A program made the translations under genes and the position numbers. From NCBI GenBank assembly GCA_964547475.1, contig CAZJNQ010000005.1:17041-81040 (forward strand): 64,000 nucleotides of DNA, given 5' to 3'. Within the stretch, counting starts at the first letter, position 1; each line of letters opens with the position of its first letter. Positions 38,259-48,417 of the stretch are shown piece by piece. The stretch is from an uncultured Porphyromonadaceae bacterium (GTDB lineage Bacteria > Bacteroidota > Bacteroidia > Bacteroidales > UBA12481). The notes under the pieces are model-generated. The model did no database searches and had not been told where the DNA came from. It saw only the letters and a program-made list of their open reading frames with translations.

Positions 38259-41213
38259 ATGAAAAACAAACATTTACTCCTTGCACTTGCTCTTGTTGTA
38301 TCCTCAGGATTCACACTCCTGGCTCAAACCGGAACGGGGGGAATTCTCCTTAGCGGTGACGGGAACCAGAAGGTGAAAGACCTGGACCCCATGAACGCAG
38401 CCAACTGGATCAGTTCCCGCCGCGTAAACCAGTTTACCGGCACCATTGACATCGCCGACCTGGTCAAAGCACAGGATCAGGTCAAAGCTCTCTCTAAAAA
38501 AGGTGGAGCCTCTCTGAACATGACCTGGAATGAGTTGGGACCCAACAACATCGGCGGTCGGACCCGGGCGTTCCTGATCGACAAGGACAATCCGGATGTC
38601 TGCTTTGCAGGCAGCGTCAGCGGCGGTCTTTGGAAAACCACAACAGCCGGTACTTCCTGGGAAAAAACGCAAACCGCATCAGGAGAACTGTTTGAAAACC
38701 TTGCGGTTTCCTGCATTACCCAGGCTCCCAACGGAGACATTTACTTCGGTACGGGCGAAGGCCCGGCTTCGACCCTGGGTAATATCCAGAATACCCATCA
38801 GGGTATTTATGGTCAGGGAATCTGGAAATCAACGGATCATGGCAATACATTTTCACGCCTTGAATCTACGTGGTCGTCAGCTGAATCCAAGGAAGTCTTT
38901 GTCCTGGTTTACGCAATTGCTGCCGACCCGACGAATGCCTCAAAGATTTACGCGGCTACCTTGAAAGGCCTGCGGGTATCCGTTGACGGCGGTCAAACCT
39001 GGTCCAATCCGATCCCTGAAGCAACCGGGATTTCCCATCATGTGGCAGTGGGATCCAATGGAACCGTTGTTGCCGCAGTAGGTAATGTAGCTTACCGTTC
39101 AACAACCGGCGATACCGGTTCATTTGTCGCCGTATCTGCCAATGACGGGCTGACCCGCAACCTGATCCTGGATAAATTTGTGAGCCGCATGATGTTTGCC
39201 TTTGCTCCCAGCGATCCCAATTATGTCTATTGCATCGCCGCAGGGTTAACAGCAACCAATACAGGCGCTTTAAGCAATATCTACCAATCGATCGACGGTG
39301 GTCTGACATGGAAAGTTATCGGACCCGGCGGATCCGGCTATTTCGCCCCGGTGGGATCTGAAGGTTATTATGCCATCGCCATAGCAGTTGATCCTTCTGA
39401 TCCGGGTTTCATCATGGTTGGCGGAAAAGATGTCTATAGCTGGTCTTATGTGACCGGATGGGAAAGAATAACCGTTGATGAATCAAAAACTGTACTGCCC
39501 AACCAGGGCTTCTATGTCCACCGCGACCAGCACATCATCGTTTTTGATCCGACGGATCCGAATACGGTATATATCGGGACCAGCGGGGGCGTAGCAACGA
39601 CTTCCAACAAGGGAAGAACCTGGAAAACCCTCAACCGCAACTATAATGTAACCCAGTTTTTTACAGTGGCTGCCTCTCCAACCGGAGAAGTGCTCGGCGG
39701 TACGATGGATAACGGCATCCTTTATATCGATTTCCAGGGTAATGACCCGATGTATGCCAACACCTGGGGCGGAGGCGTTTTCGACGGATTCCTCAGTTTC
39801 AGGCATGGTGGTGACACAGAGATTTCAACCCTCAATCCCAACTTCAAGTTCTTTACGACCCCTAACGGAACCGTTCACCGTCACTTGATCATTCAGGATC
39901 AGGACACCTACCAGGCCTATTACCCCTATGGCGTCGGCGGCACCTGGCTATCACCGATTAAATTGTGGGAAAAAATAGGTGATACAAAATCATGGGACAG
40001 CGTCCGGTTCATTGCTGACCGCGATTATACGGCCGGCGAAACCGTGATCGCCCAAAGTATGATCAACAAGTATCCGCTGCCGAAACAACTGACCGTGCCC
40101 CTTCTGACCGGCGATACCATCAAGGTCCAGGATACCTACCAGGCAGCATTGATCGTCGGCAAGTACGGAACCGCCAACACGAAAATCAACCGTCATCCTC
40201 TAAGCGGTATGGATACTTACACGAGCCAGTTCTATTCGATCCTGGAAAGGAAAGGCACAAAGGCCAGGGCGGTTGACAAGGATATGGTCATAGATGTGGA
40301 AATGTCTGCCGACGGCGACAATGTCTTCACAGCCATGTGGGACAATTCCGACCAGTTGTACCGCCTGTTCGTTTCCCGGAATTTCAACAATTGCCGTGAT
40401 CGTAAAACGACCGATACCGATACCGGCTGGGATCCGATCACCGGTAAACCTCTGTTCAAGGAAGTCAACAAGTGTATCGGCACCTTTACCCAGGTCCCGA
40501 CCAGCATTACGGTTGATCCGACCGATGCAAACAATGTACTCGTCACTTGCGGGAACTATGGAAACCCGAGCTTCATTTATCTCTGCACCAACGCCACCAC
40601 TGCTGCTGACTCTGTTATGAGCTTCGTGAGCGTCCAGGGCAACCTGCCCCAGGCACCGGTTTTCTCGGCCATGTTCAACTGGAGGAATCACAATGAAGTT
40701 CTCGTAGGAACCGAATACGGAGTCTATTCCACTTCAAACATTTTCGCCGGCACACCAGAATGGGCCAGTGAAAACGGAAACGGAATGGAAATCCTCCCGG
40801 TTTACGAAATAAGGCAGCAACATTTTGAGAACAGCGCTGAAATGGGCATCGAAAACCATGGCGTGGTCTATGCAGCTACATTCGGCCGCGGCATCTTTAC
40901 TTCAGAAACGTTTGCCGTAAAAGGCATTACTTCTTCGTCACCCATAATGGCAGCCAATAACCTGGATGTCCAGGTTACTCCCAATCCTGTGAGTGACCTG
41001 GCTGTCATACGCTACAGTCAAGACCGGGATGCATCCATTGAATTCCAGATCTTTGACATGCAGGGCAAGATGGTGAAAAACGTGAAACTGACTGACCAGC
41101 CGGCCGGCGACAATGAAATTTATGTTGACGCCAATGAACTGGGTGCCGGTACCTACCTCGTACGGATGGTTTCCTGTGGCCAGATGTCCTCAACTAAGTT
41201 CGTCGTTAAATAA
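38259..41213 (+). CDS. BNR/Asp-box beta-propeller protein with a T9SS C-terminal sorting domain
   Basis: 984 aa with a signal peptide. Asp-box-like motifs recur (GGLWKTTTAGTSWEK, VSVDGGQTWSN, SIDGGLTWKV, TSNKGRTWKT). The C-terminal ~80 aa (VQVTPNPVSDLAVIRYS...IFDMQGKMVK...AGTYLVRM.......KFVVK) is a type A T9SS CTD. Confidence 0.75.
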   Translation: MKNKHLLLALALVVSSGFTLLAQTGTGGILLSGDGNQKVKDLDPMNAANWISSRRVNQFTGTIDIADLVKAQDQVKALSKKGGASLNMTWNELGPNNIGGRTRAFLIDKDNPDVCFAGSVSGGLWKTTTAGTSWEKTQTASGELFENLAVSCITQAPNGDIYFGTGEGPASTLGNIQNTHQGIYGQGIWKSTDHGNTFSRLESTWSSAESKEVFVLVYAIAADPTNASKIYAATLKGLRVSVDGGQTWSNPIPEATGISHHVAVGSNGTVVAAVGNVAYRSTTGDTGSFVAVSANDGLTRNLILDKFVSRMMFAFAPSDPNYVYCIAAGLTATNTGALSNIYQSIDGGLTWKVIGPGGSGYFAPVGSEGYYAIAIAVDPSDPGFIMVGGKDVYSWSYVTGWERITVDESKTVLPNQGFYVHRDQHIIVFDPTDPNTVYIGTSGGVATTSNKGRTWKTLNRNYNVTQFFTVAASPTGEVLGGTMDNGILYIDFQGNDPMYANTWGGGVFDGFLSFRHGGDTEISTLNPNFKFFTTPNGTVHRHLIIQDQDTYQAYYPYGVGGTWLSPIKLWEKIGDTKSWDSVRFIADRDYTAGETVIAQSMINKYPLPKQLTVPLLTGDTIKVQDTYQAALIVGKYGTANTKINRHPLSGMDTYTSQFYSILERKGTKARAVDKDMVIDVEMSADGDNVFTAMWDNSDQLYRLFVSRNFNNCRDRKTTDTDTGWDPITGKPLFKEVNKCIGTFTQVPTSITVDPTDANNVLVTCGNYGNPSFIYLCTNATTAADSVMSFVSVQGNLPQAPVFSAMFNWRNHNEVLVGTEYGVYSTSNIFAGTPEWASENGNGMEILPVYEIRQQHFENSAEMGIENHGVVYAATFGRGIFTSETFAVKGITSSSPIMAANNLDVQVTPNPVSDLAVIRYSQDRDASIEFQIFDMQGKMVKNVKLTDQPAGDNEIYVDANELGAGTYLVRMVSCGQMSSTKFVVK

Positions 41214-41236
41214 TCTTTTGTTTCGTAACAGCTAAG

Positions 41237-41268
41237 CCCCGGATGGTTTACTCCTCCGGGGTTTTTTT
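41237..41268 (+). terminator. Rho-independent terminator after the T9SS cargo gene
   Basis: ccccgga (41237-41243) pairs with tccgggg (41255-41261) and is followed by T7. Confidence 0.7.
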
Positions 41269-41325
41269 GTTTCCTTGTCGCTCATAAAACCCCTGGCAAT
41301 AGTTGAAAATCCGGCTTGTAAATAT

Positions 41326-41333
41326 TAATTTTG
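41326..41333 (+). promoter_or_regulatory. Candidate -7 box (TAnnTTTG) for gap
   Basis: TAATTTTG, 48 nt upstream of the gap ATG. Confidence 0.5.
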
Positions 41334-41368
41334 TGTCCTTCGTAATAAATCATTAAACCGCTAATTAG

Positions 41369-42385
<1,017 letters not shown>

Positions 42386-42406
42386 TCTGATAAGGAATCC
42401 CTTGTG

Positions 42407-42443
42407 AACCTGCCGGATTTTGTTGGTCTGGCAGGTTTTTTTT
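42407..42443. terminator. Terminator hairpin between convergent gap and the permease gene
   Basis: aacctgcc (42407-42414) pairs with ggcaggtt (42430-42437) and is followed by a T-run on the plus strand. It overlaps the stop of the minus-strand gene. Confidence 0.65.
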
Positions 42444-43680
42444 ATTCGTATCGCAGGGATTCGATCGGATCCACCCGGGCTGCCTTGATCGCAGGATAAA
42501 GACCCGAGAGGATGCCTATAATGAAACAAAGCAGGAATCCGACCAGGATCCAGCCCCAGGGAATGACAAAAACTCCTCCTGCGATGATCGGTATGAGGTT
42601 GCCAACCACGATCCCAAAAACAATCCCGACCATCCCCCCAAGCAGTCCGATCAGCACAGCCTCGAACAGGAATTGCTGCTGAATCGTCCGGTTATCAGCC
42701 CCTATGGCTTTCCTGATCCCGATCTCCTGGGTTCGTTCTGCAACGGTCACCAGCATGATATTCATCAATCCGATGGCCGCACCGATCAGGGTTATGATCC
42801 CTATTAACGTGGCGGCAATGGTGATTGAACTCATCGAACTGATCATGAGCTGGGCAATACTGTCGCTCCGCACCAGATGAAAATCAGATGCATCCATGGG
42901 ACCCAGCCCCCGGATGACCCGGAAAAGGCTCTCGGCTTCCCCCATGGCTTCGTCAATGCCGCAATCGCCAGTAGGTAAAACAGTGATATTGAAGGACATG
43001 TTCGGATAGGAGAAGTACTGCCGGACATTGCTGACCGGTATGCAGCATAGCCGGTCGCCACTCCCGATGAAGGAGGCTCCTTTGGCCTTTAGAACACCGA
43101 TGATCCGGTACTTTCCGCTGGAAACGGATATTACTTTGTCAATCGGATTTTCTCCGGATTTGAAGAGGGTCTGAACTACCTCCGCCCCAACCAGCACAAC
43201 CGGTTCACCGCTCCTGATCTCCTGATCGGTGAAGTTCCGGCCCTTTTCGATCTCATAACCGGCTGTTCCCAGGTAATTCTCGTCCGCTCCCCTTACTGAG
43301 AAATTTGGATTGGACTTAATGGATCCATACTTGAGCGTGGCATTCCCGGTGGCACCGATCGACACCGAGACCATAGCAGGCAAATCATACTCTTCCTTGA
43401 ACCTCAGGGCTTCAGTATAAGCTATCCTTGAATAATTGCGGACACGTTCCCGGTGCCCCCCGATCCGGATATTGTATCCGCGGCTCCGGATGGTGAAGGA
43501 ATTGGCCCCCATGGCTGAAAACGAGGTGTTTACCGATCTCTTCAACGAGTCAATCGTGGTCAGTATCCCAATCAGCGCCATGATCCCGAAGGCAATGATC
43601 AGTATCGTGAGAATGGTCCGGAGCAGGTTGGACCGGATGGACAGGAATGAGATCCTGGTGTTCTCCCTGACCAAACCCAT
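42442..43680 (-). CDS. ABC transporter permease, MacB/FtsX-like
   Basis: I start the gene at the ATG at 43680 (MGLVRENTRISFLSIRSNLLRTILTILIIAFGIMALI..), giving 412 aa. It has a MacB-type periplasmic domain plus C-terminal FtsX helices (..ERT.EIGIRKAIGA....I..QFL.EA..I.L.GG..G..). The track start at 43827 would overlap the divergent gene and its promoter. There is no ATPase partner adjacent. Confidence 0.8.
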   Translation of the reverse strand: MGLVRENTRISFLSIRSNLLRTILTILIIAFGIMALIGILTTIDSLKRSVNTSFSAMGANSFTIRSRGYNIRIGGHRERVRNYSRIAYTEALRFKEEYDLPAMVSVSIGATGNATLKYGSIKSNPNFSVRGADENYLGTAGYEIEKGRNFTDQEIRSGEPVVLVGAEVVQTLFKSGENPIDKVISVSSGKYRIIGVLKAKGASFIGSGDRLCCIPVSNVRQYFSYPNMSFNITVLPTGDCGIDEAMGEAESLFRVIRGLGPMDASDFHLVRSDSIAQLMISSMSSITIAATLIGIITLIGAAIGLMNIMLVTVAERTQEIGIRKAIGADNRTIQQQFLFEAVLIGLLGGMVGIVFGIVVGNLIPIIAGGVFVIPWGWILVGFLLCFIIGILSGLYPAIKAARVDPIESLRYE

Positions 43681-43769
43681 TCGCCGGAAATATTCACTTG
43701 TATGTGCCACCGCTATTCGTTTGACTCTCCCAAAATACGCAATCCGCGGCACATAAGGAATTTTATGCC

Positions 43770-43777
43770 TATTTTTG
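43770..43777 (+). promoter_or_regulatory. Candidate -7 box (TAnnTTTG) for the acyl-CoA reductase-like gene
   Basis: TATTTTTG, 16 nt upstream of the ATG at 43793. This argues against the TTG start at 43775. Confidence 0.45.
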
Positions 43778-43792
43778 GCATTCTCCCGGCAG

Positions 43793-44785
43793 ATGGACTT
43801 GGCTAGCAGAATCGGATCTTTTATCACCCTGGGTCAACAATTGGGCAGAAATGAATTACGGCCTTTGGTTGTCGATCCACTGTCCAATCCATGGTTTACC
43901 GGGCGGGAAATCAACCGGGCATGTAAATTCTGGGCCGGTCTCCTGACCTGGGACAACCTGTTGAAATGGACCGGGCCTTACCGGATCCCGGATGACCGGC
44001 TGGCAAAAAATGTCCTGGTTATTCCGGCTGCCAACCTTCCCCTGGTAGGATTTCACGATTTTCTGTCTGTCCTGATCACCGGAAACCGCTATATCGGCCA
44101 GGTTTCTTCCCGTGATAATCAACTGCTCCCTGCTGTTGCCGATGCCCTGATCGCCATCAACCCGGAATTCAGGGACAAGATCCTGTTTAGCAATCAACCC
44201 CAACCTGCAGATGGAGTGATCGCGACGGGCAACAACAATACGGCCCGGTATTTTGACTACAAGTACAGGTCCGTCCCCTCTGTCATCAGGAAAAACCGTT
44301 CTTCCGCGGCAGTTCTTACCGGCCGGGAGTCCCCGGCCGATTACGCAGGCCTGACAGCGGATATCCTGGAATATTATGGGCTGGGATGCCGCAGTGTATC
44401 CCACGTATTCATGCCATCCGGCCTCCCGACCGATGCCCTCGTGTCCTCCATTGAGAATTTTTCCGACTGGGATGATAATCAGATGCTTAGGGATAATCTG
44501 CGTTTCCAGAAAGCGCGTCTGACCCTGATGAAACTGCCTTTTACGGATGCCGGGAAAATCATCCTGTGCGAAAACCATTCCCTGCATTCCCCGATAGGAA
44601 TGGTGCACTACAGTTACCTCGACGATGATAATACGCTGGATGAATGGCTGAACCGGGATTCAGGTGAACTTCAGTGCATCGTCGGGACCAACCGGATTCC
44701 TTTCGGTTCTGCTCAGAAACCTGCACTGTGGGATTATGCTGACCGGATCGATGTTGTCCGTTTCCTGATCAATCTTGGCATCTGA
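43793..44785 (+). CDS. Acyl-CoA reductase (LuxC-like) family protein
   Basis: About 330 aa: MDLASRIGSFITLG..L.........NPWFT...I......W...L....L..W........K.VLVIPAANLPLVGFHDFLSVLITGN. Recognised from memory as the Bacteroidota LuxC-like family. No luxD or luxE genes are nearby. Confidence 0.6.
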   Translation: MDLASRIGSFITLGQQLGRNELRPLVVDPLSNPWFTGREINRACKFWAGLLTWDNLLKWTGPYRIPDDRLAKNVLVIPAANLPLVGFHDFLSVLITGNRYIGQVSSRDNQLLPAVADALIAINPEFRDKILFSNQPQPADGVIATGNNNTARYFDYKYRSVPSVIRKNRSSAAVLTGRESPADYAGLTADILEYYGLGCRSVSHVFMPSGLPTDALVSSIENFSDWDDNQMLRDNLRFQKARLTLMKLPFTDAGKIILCENHSLHSPIGMVHYSYLDDDNTLDEWLNRDSGELQCIVGTNRIPFGSAQKPALWDYADRIDVVRFLINLGI

Positions 44786-45693
44786 TGCAACACCTGGTTG
44801 TTATCACGGGTCCGACAGCAGCAGGCAAAACCGATCTGAGCATCCGGCTTGCCCGTCGTTGGGACACTTCGATCGTTTCCTGCGACTCCCGCCAGTTCTA
44901 CAAAGAAATGAGGATAGGAACTGCCGTCCCTGATGAAGTACAACTGGACCTGGTTCCGCACTATTTCATCGGTAACCTATCGGTCCGTGATTATTATTCT
45001 GCCTTCCGGTTCGAGCAGGATGCCATCAGCCTGCTGGCGGACCTGTTCAGGGATAAAGACCGGATCATCATGACCGGTGGTTCGGGTCTTTATATGGATG
45101 CCGTCCTGAACGGCATTGACGATATTCCCGATCCGGATCCCGAAATCAGGAACAGGTTGAGGCTGCAATTGGAAACCGGGGGCATGGATCCCCTCCTGGA
45201 GCAACTGGCCACACTGGATCCAGAATACTACGGACAGGTCGACAGGAAGAATCCGGCCCGCGTCTTGAGAGGACTTGAGGTGTGCCTGATAACCGGCAGG
45301 ACCTTTACCTCTTTCCGGATCCGGAAAAAAACACACAGGGATTTCAACACGATCCTAATAGGGCTGGATCTGCCGAGGAAGGAATTGCACGACCGGATCG
45401 ATCGCAGGGTTGATCGTATGATGGCGGATGGATTGCTCGAAGAAGCCAGGGGCCTGATTCCCTATCGCCGGTTAAGTGCCCTGAACACGGTGGGCTACCG
45501 TGAACTGTTCAGCTATCTCGACGGAAAAATACCCCTGGATGAGGCGATCCGCCTGATCAAGCGGAATACCAGGCGATATGCCCGCAGGCAGATCACCTGG
45601 AATAACCGTTATCCCGAAATCCGGTTTTTCCATCCCTCACAGTTTGGGGAGACCTGTGAATGGGTTGAAGGATTTCAGGACCGGCCGGGATAA
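44785..45693 (+). CDS. miaA: tRNA dimethylallyltransferase
   Basis: 302 aa with a P-loop (VITGPTAAGKTDLSI.LA), ..IVS.DSRQFYKEM.IGTA.P and ..GGSGLY.... The ATG overlaps the upstream stop (TGATG). Confidence 0.93.
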   Translation: MQHLVVITGPTAAGKTDLSIRLARRWDTSIVSCDSRQFYKEMRIGTAVPDEVQLDLVPHYFIGNLSVRDYYSAFRFEQDAISLLADLFRDKDRIIMTGGSGLYMDAVLNGIDDIPDPDPEIRNRLRLQLETGGMDPLLEQLATLDPEYYGQVDRKNPARVLRGLEVCLITGRTFTSFRIRKKTHRDFNTILIGLDLPRKELHDRIDRRVDRMMADGLLEEARGLIPYRRLSALNTVGYRELFSYLDGKIPLDEAIRLIKRNTRRYARRQITWNNRYPEIRFFHPSQFGETCEWVEGFQDRPG

Positions 45694-46688
45694 AATCCCC
45701 GGCCGAAGACACCGTACTCATCGCGTCCCAGGATTCCGCCTTCCACCCAGGCCTTAAAAAAGCCGGTTCCATAACCGGTGAGCTGGATCAGCGAAGCCAA
45801 TACCGCCAGGATCCCGACTGCCAGGTTTCGCTGGCGCACGGTTGCATCAACCAGGATCATCAGGGACCATAACAGGAGCGGCAGTATCCACAGCCAGGCG
45901 GAAAGGAATGACAGAACGACCAGAGCAATGACTCCCGCTACGAACAGGGTTGGAAAGAGGAAGAATAGCCTGAAGGTTTCAGGATAAACCCTCGAAATGA
46001 TATACCTCGTTTTACCAAATCCATATACCTGCCTGAAGAATTTCCTGAAGGAGGTTCGTCTCTTGTGATAGACATAGGCTTCGGGTATCAATCCCGACGA
46101 TAGGCCTTTCCTGATCAGTTCGATGGCATAAACCATATCTTCCCCGGGATGCATCCGGGTATCGGGAAAACCTCCGGCAGATTCATACGCAGCCCGGGAT
46201 ATCCCCATGTTGAAACTGCGGGGATAGAATTTGCCGACCTGTTTACGGCCTCCCCTGATCCCGCCGGTCGTCAGGAAAGAAGTCATGGCATAGGAGATGG
46301 CTTTCTGTACAAGGCTGAAATCGGCAGCCGAACGGTCGGGACCTCCGAACAATCCCAGTGCATTCCCGTTCAGGTAAGCATCCAGGGCCGCCAGATAATG
46401 CGAAGGCACGAGGCAGTCGCTGTCGATGAAAATGAAATAGTCCCCTCGGGCTGCTGCCATACCTGCATTACGAGCCTTCGAAGGTCCGCTCCTGGGCAGG
46501 ACCAGATATTGGATATCCAGTTTGCCCTTAAAGTCCCCGATTACTTCATCGGATTTCTTGTCCGATCCGTCTTCAATGACGACGACCTCAAAATGGCCGG
46601 AATCCAGTCCGCACAAAGAAGTAAGGAGCCCGGCAACCTCTTCCGGTCTGTTATAGACCGGCACGATAAAAGAAAAAAACCTGTTCAT
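45675..46688 (-). CDS. Family 2 glycosyltransferase with C-terminal membrane helices
   Basis: 337 aa: FSFIVPVYNRPEE........L......FEVVVIEDGS.., DSD motif (IFIDSDC). Two or three C-terminal TM helices are predicted. Confidence 0.8.
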   Translation of the reverse strand: MNRFFSFIVPVYNRPEEVAGLLTSLCGLDSGHFEVVVIEDGSDKKSDEVIGDFKGKLDIQYLVLPRSGPSKARNAGMAAARGDYFIFIDSDCLVPSHYLAALDAYLNGNALGLFGGPDRSAADFSLVQKAISYAMTSFLTTGGIRGGRKQVGKFYPRSFNMGISRAAYESAGGFPDTRMHPGEDMVYAIELIRKGLSSGLIPEAYVYHKRRTSFRKFFRQVYGFGKTRYIISRVYPETFRLFFLFPTLFVAGVIALVVLSFLSAWLWILPLLLWSLMILVDATVRQRNLAVGILAVLASLIQLTGYGTGFFKAWVEGGILGRDEYGVFGRGFYPGRS

Positions 46689-47452
46689 CCGGGATTGCTG
46701 GCTAAGTATAGGATTTCTCTGGCATCCAGGCGATACCGGGATATATCGTCCGGTGTGAATCGGACGGCCACAGGCCAGGGATCAACGTCAAAGCCCGCCT
46801 GGCGTAAACGATCCGGATAATCAGCACCGTATTTCCTGACATGGTCTTTCTGACCGAAGTATTTTTCCCTCTCCCGGGGGCTCGTGATGGATGGATCTTC
46901 GAAAGTCTCCGTAAGGTCATGGTTTACAGGCACTTGCAAAATCGCCAGTCCGCCCGGCCTGAGAACCCTTCGTATCTCCGACATCACCCTCCGATCGTCC
47001 CTGACGTGTTCCAGAACGTGGTTGCAAAGAATGAGATCAAAGCTCCCGGAGTCGAACGGGATTTTATGCAAGTCAAAATGATATTCGGCAATCGGCGATT
47101 CAAGGTCTCCGGTCAGATAATCCAGGTTGGGCAGGTTCCGGAACCGTTTCAGAAAACACTGTTCAGGGGCCAAGTGAAGCATTCTTCGCTTTTCACTCAG
47201 GAAATCCGTTTCCCTCACCAGATAGAGCCAGATCAACCGGTGCCGCTCGAGTGACAGGCAGGTGGGACAAAGGACATTTTCACGGGAACGGACTCCATAA
47301 GGAAGGAACTTCCGGAAAGTGGATCCGCAAATCGGACACTCCACGTTCCTTCCTCTTAAAAATGGCTTAAAAAGGATCATGAGCAGGTAACTGGCACGTA
47401 TGAGGAAAGGCCGGGTAAACAGTTTAAGGACCCAGCGGATCAGTATCTTCAT
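46685..47452 (-). CDS. Class I SAM-dependent methyltransferase with an N-terminal Cys4 zinc ribbon
   Basis: 255 aa with CPICGS...(17)..CPTCLS. The methyltransferase core is ..FDLILCNHVLEHV.DD...M.EI.RVL.PGG.A.... Start and stop overlap both neighbouring genes by 4 nt. Confidence 0.8.
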   Translation of the reverse strand: MKILIRWVLKLFTRPFLIRASYLLMILFKPFLRGRNVECPICGSTFRKFLPYGVRSRENVLCPTCLSLERHRLIWLYLVRETDFLSEKRRMLHLAPEQCFLKRFRNLPNLDYLTGDLESPIAEYHFDLHKIPFDSGSFDLILCNHVLEHVRDDRRVMSEIRRVLRPGGLAILQVPVNHDLTETFEDPSITSPREREKYFGQKDHVRKYGADYPDRLRQAGFDVDPWPVAVRFTPDDISRYRLDAREILYLASNPG

Positions 47453-48396
47453 ATTTCTTCTGCTATCAGGTACTTGTTCCTGTCTGAAGAGGAACGTGAT
47501 ACCAGTTCGGCCAGAAAACCGGTCAGGAAAAGCTGCACCCCTATGATCCCGGCAACCAGGGCTATGTAGAAAAGGGGCTGGTCGGTGATCTGCCGGTACA
47601 GTTCATGCGTCCGGATCGCGTGGATCTTAATCACTGCCAGCCAAATCGTCACAATGAAACCAAACAGCATCATCAGCATCCCCAGGGTTCCGAACAGATG
47701 CATGGGTTTTTTTGAGAAACGGGTGATAAAACCGACTGTCAGAAGGTCCAGGGCTCCGGTAAATAATCGTTCCCATCCGTACTTGGTCCTGCCATACTTC
47801 CTGGGTCTATGCTGAACCACCTTCTCGCCGATCCGGCCGAAACCAGCCTGCTTGACCAGTATGGGAGTATAGCGGTGCATGTCGCCGAACACTTCAATAC
47901 TCCGGGCGACTTCCTGCCGGTAAGCCTTCAGCCCGCAATTGAAATCGTGGATACGGATGCCGCTGTTGATCCTGGCGGTTAGATTAAAAAAACGGGAAGG
48001 CCACCGTTTAGAGACCGGATCATAGCGTTTCTTTTTCCACCCCGAAACCAGGTCATATCCCTCATCGTTAACCATCCTGTATAAACCCGGGATCTCATCG
48101 GGACTGTCCTGCAGGTCAGCATCCATGGTTATGATCACCTTCCCGCCTGCACTGCTGAATCCGCATTGCAACGCTGCCGCTTTTCCGTAATTCCTCTGAA
48201 AGCGGATGCCCCGGATGAACGGGCTGGCCGAGCTCAGGTTTTTAATTATGGACCAGGAAGCATCCCGGCTGCCGTCATCAATCAGCAAAATCTCAAACTC
48301 ATACTTTTCAGCTGAAGCAACCCGAGAAATCCACTCCACCAGTTCCGGCAGGGATTCGGCTTCATTATACACGGGGACAATCACGCTCAGATCCAT
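47449..48396 (-). CDS. Polyprenol-phosphate glycosyltransferase (GT2; GtrB/ArnC/DPM1-like)
   Basis: 315 aa: LSVIVPVYNE.ESL.EL..........YEFEILLIDDGS.D.S......L.......RGI.F.RN.GK.AAL..GF....G...ITMDADLQD.P.EI. Two C-terminal TM helices are predicted. Confidence 0.85.
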   Translation of the reverse strand: MDLSVIVPVYNEAESLPELVEWISRVASAEKYEFEILLIDDGSRDASWSIIKNLSSASPFIRGIRFQRNYGKAAALQCGFSSAGGKVIITMDADLQDSPDEIPGLYRMVNDEGYDLVSGWKKKRYDPVSKRWPSRFFNLTARINSGIRIHDFNCGLKAYRQEVARSIEVFGDMHRYTPILVKQAGFGRIGEKVVQHRPRKYGRTKYGWERLFTGALDLLTVGFITRFSKKPMHLFGTLGMLMMLFGFIVTIWLAVIKIHAIRTHELYRQITDQPLFYIALVAGIIGVQLFLTGFLAELVSRSSSDRNKYLIAEEI

Positions 48397-48417
48397 AACA
48401 GTCAGGACTTGAATGGG

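Noticed and set aside
43681-43827. A 49-codon N-terminal extension of the MacB-like permease. Similar extensions occur for holA (24241), def (to 54331), ruvX (to 54719), the plug-like gene (TTG at 35906) and the HsdR_N protein (TTG at 23492).
   Set aside because: The extensions overlap neighbouring genes or promoters, or use non-ATG starts. Internal ATGs give N-termini typical of the families.
43856-44608. Minus-strand 250-aa ORF opposite the LuxC-like gene. Also the plus-strand 223-aa ORF at 46149-46820, the minus-strand 190-aa ORF at 55137-55709, and ORFs inside nifJ (for example 58280-58795) and rho (60833-61339).
   Set aside because: All lie antisense within genes that carry strong family motifs. 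Their translations are compositionally biased (R/G/P/H-rich), as is typical of shadow frames.
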